Assembly (NCBI GenBank): GCA_028534125.1
Contig: CM052822.1
Span: forward strand, 44,268,001 to 44,332,000
Direction of reading: 5' to 3'
DNA length: 64,000 nucleotides
Origin: Lama glama
Lineage: Eukaryota
Notes under the pieces: generated by a model
Database searches by the model: none
Told to the model about the DNA's origin: nothing
What the model saw: only the letters and a program-made list of their open reading frames with translations
Shown here: positions 47,911 through 60,075 of the stretch, piece by piece
Layout of the letters: the number at the start of each line of letters is the position of its first letter
Position numbering within the stretch: position 1 is the stretch's first letter
Program-made: the position numbers and the translations under genes

Positions 47911-49749
47911 AGCAGGGCTTTGGACTTTTTCATGGCCTTTGGCTGGTCACTGCCCCATCTGCTTTGAGTCAACACTCCCACTTGTAGATCCATTTAAAGC
48001 AGACTTCTAGTTCACCCCAGAGCCATGGAGAACATGCTGTCTGGGTTTGAATTAGGGCTGGAGCCATTGATTCAGTGAGATATGCAGACCAACTTTCTCC
48101 CGAGGGCATCGAAGTCCCTAGTAACCTTTCACTGGCCGTGATTTCCCACAACACCATCTCAGGGCCCATCCCCCAGGTGCATTCCCAGGTAACCACCATC
48201 CGGTCTCAGTCACTGATGCCAGCCAATGACAGTTTCGAATCCCAGCTTGGCCGTGTGTGTGTGTTTGTATTTGTAAAGTATTATTTAATGTAAATTGTTT
48301 ATGAGCTCCTTTAGTGCTTGCTTCTTTTTCCTAAGCACATTTCATATTTAAATCTCTGTGCTGGTTTCGCTGCCCCGAATGAGACACCGTAGTTCAAGTA
48401 AAGGATGGTCCTTGAGTGGCAACTAAGCAGAAAGTCACAATCCAGGGCAAAATAAACCCTCTCCTTTGATCGCTCCCCATTTCCCCCGAATCTTTCCAGC
48501 ATGTAGAACACGGGCAGCGGAAAAGAAAGATTCATGTTTGACACCAGGTTCTAATACCTAGAGGTGTTTCTAATACCTGGAGGGAGCTGTTTTGACATTA
48601 GGAGTCCTCCTGTTTGGATTCCAATCGCATAGAAAATCAGACCTGCTTGAGCCCCAGGCCTGGGGCAGAGGTGAAGGTGGCTGGGGAAGGAGACACACGC
48701 CTTGACAGACCAGATATGACTATCCTGCGTTCTGTGGACCCAGAAATAAAGGAAATCCACAGATGGTTTCCCAAGGGCAGAAGGAGAAACAACTCCAACC
48801 CAAGCACATGAGATTGGTGGGCAAACTTGTACTTGTGTAAATCTCGGTAGCATCTTCCTGAGGCTAACCATGAAAACCATCAGTATTGAGGTGACGGCGC
48901 TTCTGGGTGGCAGCGATGCAGTATGGCAGCAGGACAGGGCCAAGAAGAGAGAGGGGCGGGAGGGGCCCCTTTTGTTAGATGTGGCTGACGGTCTCTAGGG
49001 ACAGCGGGTAGAATCCGACAGTCAAGTTTTTAGGTTTTCCTGTTCTGCGTTGTAATCCTCTTTTATCACTCTAAATCTTCAGTGATGTTGACTGAACCCA
49101 ACTGTCTTGTGTCAACTGTGTTTGAGAGAATAAAAGGGGGGATCTATTCCTTTACTTAGGAATATACTTAGTGGCAGAGCTGACCTGGAAGCTGGGTCCA
49201 GCACGGAACAGCCCACATGGTCAGGGAGGACCTGGGGCAGTGGCTCAGAGAGAGAGGTGCCAAGCAGACCTCAACCTCAGACATTCCCATGTTCCCCTCT
49301 TTGGCTTTTCGCTTGTCTCCCCATCGCCACATCCTCCCCGTCTCCCTTTTGATTTATACTCCATTTTGTTCTCTCCTTTGAGAATGAAGGCATTAGACCA
49401 TTAGACCTGGAGGTAACTTTGACAAAATCTGGAAGCAGGCTCTAGGCCCCGATTTCTCCCCATTGCGCTACGTGATCTTGGTGTTGCCTTCCCGCTGAGA
49501 CAGTTTAAGAGCTTATGCTGATTTTGCAAGGATAAATAGTTGTGGTTCAAATAAATCTCTTGCTCAATTTTTCAGATTTGCGGATTTTGCCATGTAACTG
49601 TTCCAATGCCAAGAATTCATGCCCCTGAGGCCTTCCTCTCATCATTTAAGATTTTTCAAGAAGATAATTTAGCTCAGTGCTGGCTGCCAGATTGACAGCC
49701 TTAAAAACAAGTGGTGAAATCTAATCTGGACAGAGCCTGTGCCCACCGC

Positions 49750-50035
49750 CTATTTTTAGGGAAGAGATTATTCACCCATATGGCCAGCTGGGAATCGAGC
49801 ATGGGTGGGGGTGGGGGTGGGGTAGAGACTTGAAACAGCCTTGACCCTAAATCTCCTGCTCTCAGTGGGGGTGGGGCGGGGTGGAGGGTAGAAGGGACAG
49901 GAACTGTTGCGGGTTTAGGGAGGGGTGCAATGCAGAGTTTCCCTGAAACAATCCGGTATTCTGCAGAGTGATAAAAATAATCTTTCCTTCTAAAAATAGC
50001 CCTCTTTGAAACCAGAGCCCTGGGTTTAATTATAG
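49750..50035. promoter_or_regulatory. Candidate MEF2-type enhancer module
   Basis: CTATTTTTAG (49750-49759), CTAAAAATAG (49990-49999), TTAATTATAG (50026-50035), CAGCTG (49785), GGGGCGGGG (49873), TGATAA (~49970). Confidence 0.45.
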
Positions 50036-50289
50036 TCACTTTATGTTGACCATGTACCAAGGTACTAAGGCCTGAGCTGATTCTTGGCGATGTTATCTGG
50101 TGTCACCTGCTCCATCCTTGTGAAGCAAGTATTTCTGTTTCCACCACACAAATGAAAACACACTGAGGGTCTGAGAAGGAATTTAACGCCAGCGCATCAC
50201 TTAAGTTCAATCCTTTCCATTTTCTTCAAATCTCCAAGGCCAGAAGTTCCCCAGCCTTATTGTTCACCAGAATAAATGGAGGCACTTAA

Positions 50290-50410
50290 AAAATATATAC
50301 TAATTCCTGGGATTTGCCTCAGCCGTGGTGAATCACAGTATTGGGCAGGGACAGAAATATTTAAGTGCCCAGGATGATTCAGATCTGTAGCCAGGTTTGA
50401 GAACTGCTGT
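50290..50410. mobile_element. MER5-like fragment
   Basis: TGAATCA...TTTAAGTGCCCAGGATGATTC...GCCAGGTTTGAGAACTGCTG. Confidence 0.6.
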
Positions 50411-50479
50411 CCAAGATTCTGATGGGGACAGGGTGATTCCCGGAGTGCCTGGGGAATTCTGGGAGTGCTCCCCACCACG

Positions 50480-50850
50480 TTCTTTCGGCCTGTGCCCCAG
50501 GAGTCCTCCTGCTACCTTGGACCTCTCTGAGCCCCTCCACCGAGCCCAGTTCCCTCTGGCCTCAGGGCTTCCCCTCTGCTTGGAAGGCTTCCCATGACCC
50601 TCTGCCTCCCCTCACATCTCAGCTCCTGTGTCCCCGCCTCATGAAAGTCAGCCTGTGTACCTCTGCACTCTCCTCTCAGAACACCTCACGGTCTGTAATT
50701 TCATCGCGTGTGAATTTTTAAAATTAATGCTGGTCTCACCCGTTAGATGGTGAACATCATAAAGGCAGGAGACCAAGTCTGTTTCACTCAAAATCGTACC
50801 TCCTGGGGCTTATACGTTGGAGGGAGGGAGGGGAAGAATGAGCAAGCTGC
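50480..50850 (+). mobile_element. L2 3' fragment
   Basis: GCCTCAGGGCTTCCCCTCTGCTTGGAA...GTCTCACCCGTTAGATGGTGAAC...AGGCAGGAGAC...GTCTGTTTCAC. Confidence 0.6.
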
Positions 50851-50994
50851 TATGGATGTGGAGGCGGGAATAGGAGAATGAGGTGCTTGCTAGTCCTGGT
50901 TTGGTGCCAATGTGCCACACAATTTGGCAAATACCTCCTCTTCTCTTGAGATTCTGTTTCCTCCCCTGATAAAAGAGGGGGCTGGATTAGACCC

Positions 50995-51165
50995 ACGGGT
51001 GTCACACTTCAGTGAGTGTCAGGAGTCTCTAGGGAGCTTGGGTCAAGGTGAGGCCAGCCCTCCTTCAGCAAGTCTGGAGGGGGCCCAGGTCTGTGTTCTA
51101 CATGAGCCCCCATGATGCTGACGCAGGTGGGTCTCGGGGTGGGAGCCCATTTTCATAACACTGGA
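50995..51165. mobile_element. MER5B-like fragment
   Basis: TCACACTTCAGTGAGTGTCAGGA...GGGCCCAGG...CCCATGATGCTGACGCAGGTGG. Confidence 0.5.
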
Positions 51166-52121
51166 CTGGGTGAGTTCTGAGGTCCTTTCTAGCTATCTAT
51201 GACATTTTGTGTTTTATTCAGTTAACAGCTCTTGAAATTTGGGTATGAGAAAGACAAAGAGGACTGAGAAAAAGTGTGACTTCTCAGAACTTACTCCTCA
51301 CGTGGCTACCAGGCAATGCTGTCCATGAGAGGCAGAGTAGAGACCCTCGTTGCTATTTTCTCTGTAACTCAGGGTACTTGGAACCACCACTTGTTAATAT
51401 GAGGAATGCAATACAGCACACTCTATGTCAGAAATATCCTGGAAATATTGAGCTGTTCTCAGAGGGCTCCAGATACCATTCAGCACCTCCAAATGCCTGA
51501 GACCATCACTGCAGTGAATGGAAATTCTGGGTGTGGGGGATTTTCTCTCTCTCCTCTCCCCTGCTTTTAAAAAAATTATAAAATTAATTATAAAAATTAA
51601 TTATAAAACAAAAGACATATACAAAACCATATCAGATAAATGTATAGCTTCATGAGTTATAAGGTGAACATTTCTTAATCACCGCTCATGTCATGATACA
51701 GAGCTTTGCCAGTCACCCCAGAAGGCCCCGCCACGTCCTCTCAACTCCTTCCCTTCCCTTAAAAGTAACACTCTCCTGACGTTTAAAGTTATCCCTTCTT
51801 GTGTTTCTTCATAGTTCTAATACCTGATTGTGCATTCCTAGTCTCTATGGTTTCACCTTGCATTTGAAAACATTTGTTACATCTTTTAAGTCCCATTAGA
51901 TTTATAGCCCCACCCCTCTAAGACAGAAGGGCGTATGACCTGCAGAGTTTCTCTCAGTCTGGATTTTGCTGATTGCCACACTCATGGTGCAGTTCAACGT
52001 GTTCCTCTGTGCTCGATATTTCCTAAAATTTGGCAGCTGAAATCAGAGGTTTCATCAGTCTCATTTCCAATCCATTTGGCAAGACTGTAAGTGGTGGTGT
52101 GTTCTTTCATCAGAAGGCATA

Positions 52122-52302
52122 TAAACAGATAAACAACAAGGTCTTACTGTACAGCACAGGACACTATATTCAATAGTGTATAATAACCTATAATGAACAA
52201 GTATATGAAAAAAGAATATATAGAGACATGTATAAATGAGTCACTATGCTGTACACCAGAAACTAATGCAACATTGTAAATCAACCATACTTCAATTTTA
52301 AA
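52122..52302 (+). mobile_element. Short cetartiodactyl L1 3' end with imperfect target-site duplication
   Basis: ACAGATAAACAACAAGGTCTTACTGTACAGCACAGG...CATTGTAAATCAACCATACTTCAATT; flanks AAGGCATAT / AAGGCACAT. Confidence 0.88.
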
Positions 52303-52319
52303 AAGGCACATGATGTCTG

Positions 52320-52408
52320 GTTTTCTCTCCCTTCCTCTCCCTCTTCCCCCTCCCTTCCCTCTTCTCTTCCTTCTCTGTCTCTCTCTACCCCTCCCTCCCT
52401 TCCTTTTA
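52320..52408. repeat. Polypyrimidine (CT-rich) low-complexity tract
   Basis: About 90 nt, almost exclusively C and T. Confidence 0.85.
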
Positions 52409-53057
52409 TGCTTTTGGCCACTGTTGATGTTCATGGTCAGAGTCTAGATCCATTAATTCATTAGGGGTTGAAAACTGGGGACAGTCCAATTCTACATATT
52501 CCTTTTTTACTTAATTGTTGAAACACTTTAGGAAGAGATGCTTTCCCTCATCTGCAATTTGGTTGCACGGTGGCACCTTTCATATAGAGAAGACAAAAGA
52601 AATGTTTCATTCTTTCCATTATTTGGCACTTTTCAAGATAATGAGTTACTTCCTTATCATACTCTCCAGGTGACCACCTACTTTAAAAATATCATTATGA
52701 ACTCACATATTAAATTATGTTAGATGGATTTTAATTTATTTCAATTATTCTTGTCAAAGCTCAAATTGCTTATCTTTGGCCAGAGAGAACCTCCTCAAGT
52801 TGGCCAGCAGGTCCTTCTGCCTGGTAGGGCTCCCTTCCCTCTTTCTCCAGTTTGAATATAAATCCTATTCTCTCCTCCTTTTGCTCTTTGGACACTTGAG
52901 AACATATTTGAAGGTGTCCTTCCCTTTAGCATTATTTCTATCCCTGGCTGTGAACTTTCTAACAATGAAACATGTCAGTGTATCTCTAGAATGTGTCTTC
53001 CTATCGCCAGAAGTATCTGGATTCATTTCCTAAAAAGTGGGGGTCAACCGGCAGAAC

Positions 53058-53345
53058 TAAGAGGAGCCTAAGAGGACATGACAACTAAATGTAACGTGGT
53101 GTCCTAGACGGGATCCTGGGACAGGAAAAGGACATTAGGTAAGAGCTAAGAATAGGAACAAAGTATGGACTTCGGTTAAGAATAATGTAACAATCGTTAA
53201 TTGTAACAAAGGTACCATACTATAAGATGTTCGAGGTTAATAATAAAGGAAACTGGGTGTTGGGGATATAGAGCTCCCTGTATTGTCTCTGCAGTTTTTC
53301 TGTAAATCTAAAACTGCTCTAAAATCACAAGCTTATTTTTTGAAA
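53058..53345 (+). mobile_element. L1MC/MD-like 3' end
   Basis: GACATGACAACTAAATGTAACGTGG...GGATCCTGG...AAAAGGACATTAG...TTTTCTGTAAATCTAAAACT. Confidence 0.85.
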
Positions 53346-54308
53346 AAAGAAGAAGAATTGGGAGTCTGGGTAGCTTCACAGGCACATACCCACTGTGCAG
53401 AGCCAGGCAAACACCAGCAGACTGCCAGCTCAGATCACAAAGAGAGGAGAGGAAACAGGCAATTAGGTCTGGTCAGGTGAGTGAGAACATCTCCTAAAGG
53501 AGGTGAATTATGAACCAAGTCTCAAATCTGAGGTTAAGAAGGTAGGATATAAATCAGTCATGCCAAATCAAACCTATATATGTATCTCCTCTCCTTTGGA
53601 AACCCTTTTAAATGACAGTAAAGAATTTTTTTAAAGGGTAAACCCAAAGGACAAAAAGAATGGAAGAGTAGAGGAATAGCAGAAAAAAGAGATCAACCAA
53701 GTTTGGGAAGCTGATGGGTTAGATGAGGGGAAACTGCTTCAACAGAGCAGAGAAATCCAAACTTCAGTGTTGCTGAGGGGACGCCAACAAAGGGTCAAGA
53801 GAGGAAACCAAAAAACAGTGAAGAAGACATGGGCGCCAGGAAACAGGCACGAACCAACTTCAGATGCAGATGAGAGGAGTCCCCGGGGAGAGCGCCGTGC
53901 AGCGGGCATCGGGGCCACCAGTGTGGACGGGAACAGGAGGCAGCAGCTCCACGCGAAACTCCTGCAACTAATAAAGAAAAGAAAAAGAAGCATTTATTAA
54001 CTCCGGGAAAAAAAATGTTAAGTACAAGAGAAGAAATGACTTTGGTGTTCCACTAGTCTCAGCTGTGAAGGATGTTGGCAATCATAGTAGAAATGCTGAA
54101 TATTTAGTTTTTTAAATTGTGCTGTAATTGATCAGGAGATTGGGGGAGGGTAGACGTGTGAAGAGAGTATGAGAGAATTCCATTTTCATCTTGTTAAAAA
54201 TGCAATAGAGAATACATAAAAGCAAAAAATTATTTTCACTTAAAAATCATGATTAAAAAAAAAAACACAGTAGGAAGTGATAGAAAGTCAAAAGTTTATT
54301 ACCCCAAA

Positions 54309-54437
54309 NNNNNNNNNNNNNNNNNNNNNNNNNNNNNNNNNNNNNNNNNNNNNNNNNNNNNNNNNNNNNNNNNNNNNNNNNNNNNNNNNNNNNNNNNNNN
54401 NNNNNNNNNNNNNNNNNNNNNNNNNNNNNNNNNNNNN
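54309..54437. other. Assembly gap
   Basis: Run of N. Confidence 1.
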
Positions 54438-54671
54438 AATGTGATGGTGTCCCTGTAAGAAATTAGGACACACACACACACACACAAGACCATATGAAGA
54501 CACAGAGAGAAGACGGCCACCTCCTAGCCAAGGAGAGCGGCCTCAGAAGGAACCAGCGCTGCCAACACCTTGGTCTGACTTCCAGCTTCCAGACTGGTGA
54601 GACAATGAATGTGTTGTGCAAGCCACCTGGTCTGCGGTCCTCGGTTACAGCAGCGCCAGCGGACTGATACA
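54438..54671 (+). mobile_element. MaLR LTR 3' half (MLT1A/B-like)
   Basis: GAAGACGGCCA...AGCCAAGGAGAG..GCCTCAGAAGGAACCA...GACTTCCAGCTTCCAGA...GACTGATACA. Confidence 0.85.
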
Positions 54672-55099
54672 CCGGGCTCCAGAGACAGAAGTGGATGCTA
54701 GCACAGGTGGCATCGATGGTCCCGATGCCCTCAGCCTGGGGGACAGGTTTGTACAGCCTTGGCCTTTGATGCAGCAGCTGAGTTGGGCCCTGATTCTTCT
54801 GCCACACAAAAGCCAACATATTAAAGGGGTTCCCCACCTTGCTGGAGCCTCAGGTCAGCTAAGTCTGGCTGCAAAGGGTGACGTTTGCCCTCAGCAGAGC
54901 CGAAGGGCCCTTGGACTGTGGTGGGAGGGCCGTGGGTGGGTGAGCTTCCTCCGTCCGCCCTCTGTGTGCAACTAACCATTCTTCAGCCCCTTTGGAGAAA
55001 CTGCTTGTCTTTGCCTCTTGAGCTTCACTCTTTGGAAGCTACAAAGACATTGCCTAAGAGGATTTCATGGAAGGCAAGCTGCATTTTTTGTTTTGTTTT

Positions 55100-56890
55100 C
55101 ATTTTTTGACAGACACTGAAGTTATCTTGTTCTTTGTGCTTCAAAGACACTGTAATTGTTCTTCTGAATGAAGCTCTGTGTGTGCCTGTAAACTTCCGTG
55201 ATCTTCCAAGTGTGCAACCTGATAGTCCAGACGTTGATACTGAAGCAAAGGACTCGTGAGGGTCAGAAACAATGCGGAAATACCACCACTTTCCTGAGTC
55301 CAGACCTTGGAAACTAAAACGATCATGAAACTTCCCCAAGTAGTGAAATCGTGTTTCCCTCTGTGATTTTTTGGCAGTCTGTTAACAAGTACTTATAGCC
55401 TGGTGACTTGCTCTAGTTCAGTTTTGTCTCCTTATGAATTTGGGTGTGAGTAGTAGTGTCTTTTTAATGTTAATCTCTGTTACAGTGTTTCCAAATAATG
55501 GTGGAGAAGACTTACTCTTCTAAACTGCTTGCTCTTGTTTTCAGCACTGGAGGTGTCCTGGGCATCCCGTCAGGGCTGAAGATTCACTAGAAGAGACAGA
55601 CTAGGTTCTGTGTGTCCTCTTGTCAATTGAAGTTCATGTCCCGAGAGCATTAAGAGGAAAGTAGGCAGAGGAAGCTGGACATACCAGTGTCCTTTGGTTT
55701 TGTGCATCTGCTGAAGCTTGCTGTCATGGCCAGTTCTGTTGTTGTTGTTATTTTTTGCTTTATCATCCTGGATTTGAGGGCTTTCCACTTTCTATTCAAG
55801 GAGTGTGTTTGTCTGTCTGCATTAATGGCCTGAGTGGTCGTGGGTGGGACTGTCCTCACTGCTGGCAGCTCACACCCACCTAGCCTTTCACAGCAGCCTT
55901 CGCAGCAGCACCCAGCACACGTAAGGGGGAAGCTGGCTTGGTTCTGTTCTGCAGGTGGTGTCTTTGTGCTTCTTCCTTTTTCTTGATAACTCACCTGGGC
56001 CGTCATGATACCCAGAGCCCAGTGGTTGTGTAAGTGCCTTTATTAGCAGAACACAGAATCGCAGTGAATGACAGCAGTGTGCCGGTCACACTCATGGGGT
56101 CCTTCAGAAGGATGGAGTAGTTAGCAGCCGCAGCTCGCTATTTTACATCCAAAAGACCATCCCCAGCAATGTTCTGTAAAAATAAAGAAAAAAAATGAAT
56201 GTTTCAGAGCCTCATCTGCATAATCATAACAAAATTCAGTTCTTTGAAAATCTAAAATGTATTTTCTTTATGCTCGCTGTCTTCATTTTCACAATGAACT
56301 AATTTAGAATGTCCCTTTCCCCACAATTCCAGATCCTGGCGGTGGCCCACCTAAAGGATCAACTTGCTTTACATATTGCAAGGAATTCAGCTGATGAAAT
56401 AGTTTGAACTAATCAAAAAGTAAAACGCTAATGTTCTAAAAGTGTGCTTTCACCTCTTCGTTAAAAGCGGTTCTATATTATGAAACTATATTCAAGAAAT
56501 TATTAAAGTAGACAATAGTATGTCTTAGGGTAACATGCTAAAATATGCCATCTGTAATAGGTATGGCCTCTGTTTTTGAGTTTTATGGAATACTGAAAAC
56601 AAACCTCACTGAAGAGCGGTTTAATTTAAGCACGTTCATGCGAATCTGGTAGAGCTTAGAGAGAAATTAATCCTTAAGACAAAATATCTGGCTCATTTAT
56701 CCTACGTATACTGTCTCATCTTCACGGAAACTTTCTCAGCACTGGATAGTTGGTGCCATAAATCTGTGACAGTCCATGGCAAGTCATATACTACACGGTT
56801 AAAAGTATGATATTGCTGTAAATTTGGTTCGATAAAGTTTTGCATAATTTAGCGGTTAGAAAGAAGCGTTCACTTTTCAGTTAAGTAATT
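55100..56890 (+). pseudogene. Decayed hAT (Tip100-group) transposase fossil
   Basis: Across frameshifts, in canonical order: LCYSVSK (55475), ALRG (55647), GFVHLLKLA (55696), SIQ (55791), SADE (56387), IQE (56490), TYTVSSS..ETFSAL (56704-56744), L*QSM...LHG (56764), YDIAVNL/FDKVLHNLAVRKKR-stop (~56806-56884). Manual reading only. Confidence 0.55.
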
Positions 56891-59049
56891 TCCATGGTGA
56901 TGAAATGGTGGTTTATGCTGAAGGGACATAAAACAATTATTTTCATCTAAAAATGCACTATATCATAGCCATGATTCAAGCTGGCTTTAGAGAATGCTGT
57001 ACCTTTGTCTAATTAGCAATTAGTTTAGAGAGTTAATGATTTCCCTGGGAAAGCTGTTCTACCATTCAGTATAGAAAGTCATGTGTCACACATCTGTCTG
57101 CCATGTACACAAGTGCACACCTTTTGCCACACATACCTTTGCTTCCTGTGTCACCCTTCGAGGCCAATTTCCAGAACTTTCCACTAGGGCAGAATGGACC
57201 TCCTCTTCCCTGAGCAATAGCAGTTCATCCCCTCACCCTCTTTACCTCCTCCCTCCCCCTTCCCTGTCCCATTAGAAAGTGGAAACTGGAAACTAAAGGC
57301 TCCACTTTGCAAATTCTTACAATCTCCAATTTTTCATAACAATACACCCCCAGGGAGACTGAGCTGTGAGGCTGAAGTCAAACATTCGTTTGAAATCACC
57401 AAGTCCAATACAAGAAAAACCTGATAGAAGGAAGAGCATTGCAGGACAGCAGTGCAGAGCATCAGAGGCCAGGCATCTGCTCCTCAGGACCGCAGCGGCC
57501 TCTCAAGGGCCCTGCGTCTGTGGGCCCCGGAAGCCTAACTGCAGAGGTCAGTCCCCGGGTAATCTTCAGGGGTGGGCTACCCTGCCTGCTGCTGTTCCAG
57601 CTACTCCGCGTCTTGTCTGCTTGATGCCTGTGGCTGAAACACACCTGAAATGCCTAATTCATGCCCCAAACCTGAAAGTCCATTGCCACAGACACCAGTG
57701 CTCAGGGCCGGGCTATCACAGCGTCGTCTTTCATGATGTCTGATGTTGGGCTGTCCTCGTGCCTGAAATTCTGCAATGACAGATTCAACCTTTGATTCCT
57801 GGTTTAAAAAAAAAAAAGTTGTCTTTGCTAAGAAAGGAAGTAATAGGTTGAATCCTTCCTTTATTCCAGGGCCTCCCTGCGCTGACCAATGGTATTCGTG
57901 GTCTCTAACACCTCCTTGTATTGCTGTCTACCAGTCTGTCCCCAAACTCTGTCTCCTAAATTCCTGGTAACTTTTGAGTAACTCTGGTCTGCACACTTGG
58001 AAGATAGCTCAGCTAAGAGAAAAATTCCTAACCATAAAAAATTTAAAAAAACAAAAGGAAACCCAAAGCAATTAAAGCTTTAATTTTTTATGACCCATGT
58101 TTCTATAAATGTAAATGACTAAGAGACACCATGAAATATTAACCAAGTCAGTAATCCAGGATTATGTATGATGTCAAATTGCTCTCTATCATCAGTGGAA
58201 AACCTATCAGGCAGCAAGTTCTGAAAATAAACGCACAGGAACGAGAGCTCACTGGAGGCCACATTTTTCATGAGGACCAGTCTTGCATGGATTGGAAGGC
58301 TACACTAGACTCCAAGGCAGGGCAGAAAAGTGAAGTACACAGGAGGATGGATACAAGACAGACCCGCAGGAAACCCGCAGGGTGGTGACCTGATGTAGCA
58401 GGTGCCTTGGCAGAGGGGTACCTCCCATCAGGATTAAATCCTGGGGCCGTATGTGTTTATGTATCAGGAGATTATATCAGAGGGGAGGCCCTGCTACAGA
58501 CTGAACATGTTCTAATTATTTTCTTTTCTTCAGCATAATAGGTATGGGTTGAGTCTTGGTATCGCAAATGCTGGGTGTGGTCTTGGATGCGTGAGATGAC
58601 CTCTGAAAAGCGTGTTTGGGGGGCCCTTGGAAGTCACGGCCCGTGGTCTCCTGTAGCAGACAGGCTATCCAGGGAGAAAGGAGGGCTCACCTAGAGGAAA
58701 GAGACCGGTGTGGCTCTAAGTCCCAACCACTTGGAACCAGCTTGAGCCCTGTTGTTGCAGGAAAATGAGGCAGAGAGGATGGTCATGTACTAGGTCTCTG
58801 GCAAGTCCCTGGGATGCATCCCTCCAAGTGAGGGTCAGGGTCGTTGGCTTCATGCAGGAAAAAATTTAAGAGCAAGCCATAGTAGAGTGAAAGTAGATTT
58901 ACTCAGAGAGATGCACACTCCATAGACAGAGTGCGAGCCATCTCAGAAGGCAAGAGACGGCCCTAGGAGATACGCATCCCATAGACAAAACGCGGTCATC
59001 TCAAAGGCCCTGGAATGCAGGGGTGGCTAGTCTTTATGGGCTCAGTAAT

Positions 59050-59575
59050 TTTTTTTCTTTCTTTCTTTCTTTTTTTTTTTTTACTGATTTATAAGCATTT
59101 TACAATGTTGTGTCAAATTCCAGTGTAGAGCACAATTTTTCAGTTATACATGAACATATATATATATTCATTGTCACATTTTTTTCTCTGTGAGCTACCA
59201 TAAGATCTTGTGTATATTTCCCTGTGCTATACAGTGTAATCTTGTTTATCTATTCTACAATTTTGAAATCCCGTCTATCCCTTCCCACCCTCCGCCCCCC
59301 TGGCAACCACAAGTTTGTATTCTATGTCTATGAGTCTATTTCTATTTTGTATTTATGCTTTGTTTGTTTTTGTTTTTTGTTTTTGTTTTTTAGATTCCAC
59401 ATATGAGGGATCTCAAATGGTAGTTTTCTTTCTCTTTCTGGCTTACTTCACTTAGAATGACATTCTCCAGGAGCATCCATGTTGCTGCAAATGGCGTTAT
59501 GTTGTCGGTTTTTATGGCTGAGTAGTATTCCATTGTATAAATATACCACCTCTTCTTTATCCAGTCATCCATTGA
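59050..59575 (-). mobile_element. Young camelid-type LINE-1 3' end extending into a gap
   Basis: T-rich tail; 3'UTR closely matches 9249-9480; open ORF2 C-terminus MDDWIKKRWYIYTMEYYSAIK...ILSEVSQKEK. Confidence 0.93.
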
Positions 59576-60075
59576 NNNNNNNNNNNNNNNNNNNNNNNNN
59601 NNNNNNNNNNNNNNNNNNNNNNNNNNNNNNNNNNNNNNNNNNNNNNNNNNNNNNNNNNNNNNNNNNNNNNNNNNNNNNNNNNNNNNNNNNNNNNNNNNNN
59701 NNNNNNNNNNNNNNNNNNNNNNNNNNNNNNNNNNNNNNNNNNNNNNNNNNNNNNNNNNNNNNNNNNNNNNNNNNNNNNNNNNNNNNNNNNNNNNNNNNNN
59801 NNNNNNNNNNNNNNNNNNNNNNNNNNNNNNNNNNNNNNNNNNNNNNNNNNNNNNNNNNNNNNNNNNNNNNNNNNNNNNNNNNNNNNNNNNNNNNNNNNNN
59901 NNNNNNNNNNNNNNNNNNNNNNNNNNNNNNNNNNNNNNNNNNNNNNNNNNNNNNNNNNNNNNNNNNNNNNNNNNNNNNNNNNNNNNNNNNNNNNNNNNNN
60001 NNNNNNNNNNNNNNNNNNNNNNNNNNNNNNNNNNNNNNNNNNNNNNNNNNNNNNNNNNNNNNNNNNNNNNNNNNN
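59576..60075. other. Assembly gap (exactly 500 N)
   Basis: Run of N. Confidence 1.

Larger units (their letters stand above)
51560..52830 (-). mobile_element. Old L1 (L1MC-like) 3' region with a nested younger L1
   Basis: TCTCAGTCTGGATTTTGCTGATTGC, CATCAGAAGGCA|CATGATGTCTGGTT, CTTTGGCCAGAGAGAACCTCCTCAAGTTGG. Confidence 0.75.

Noticed and set aside
9080-51495. TCAGCACC half-sites (near 9083, 24070 and 51480) as REST/RE1 elements
   Set aside because: None has the GGACAG right half at canonical spacing.
51572-51608. Short AT-rich tandem repeat (AATTATAAAAATT units)
   Set aside because: Slippage product at an old L1 terminus. No spacers, so not a CRISPR-like array.
3521-52245. Scattered AP-1 sites (TGAGTCA/TGACTCA)
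   Set aside because: About ten in 64 kb, close to the random expectation for a 7-mer on two strands.
55187-55210. TGTAAACTTCC resembling the miR-30 5' end
   Set aside because: The rest of the mature sequence and the hairpin partner are absent.
58505-58548. Possible 8-nt microexon (TTCAG|CATAATAG|GTATGG)
   Set aside because: Not frame-preserving, contains stop codons, and no host gene was identified.
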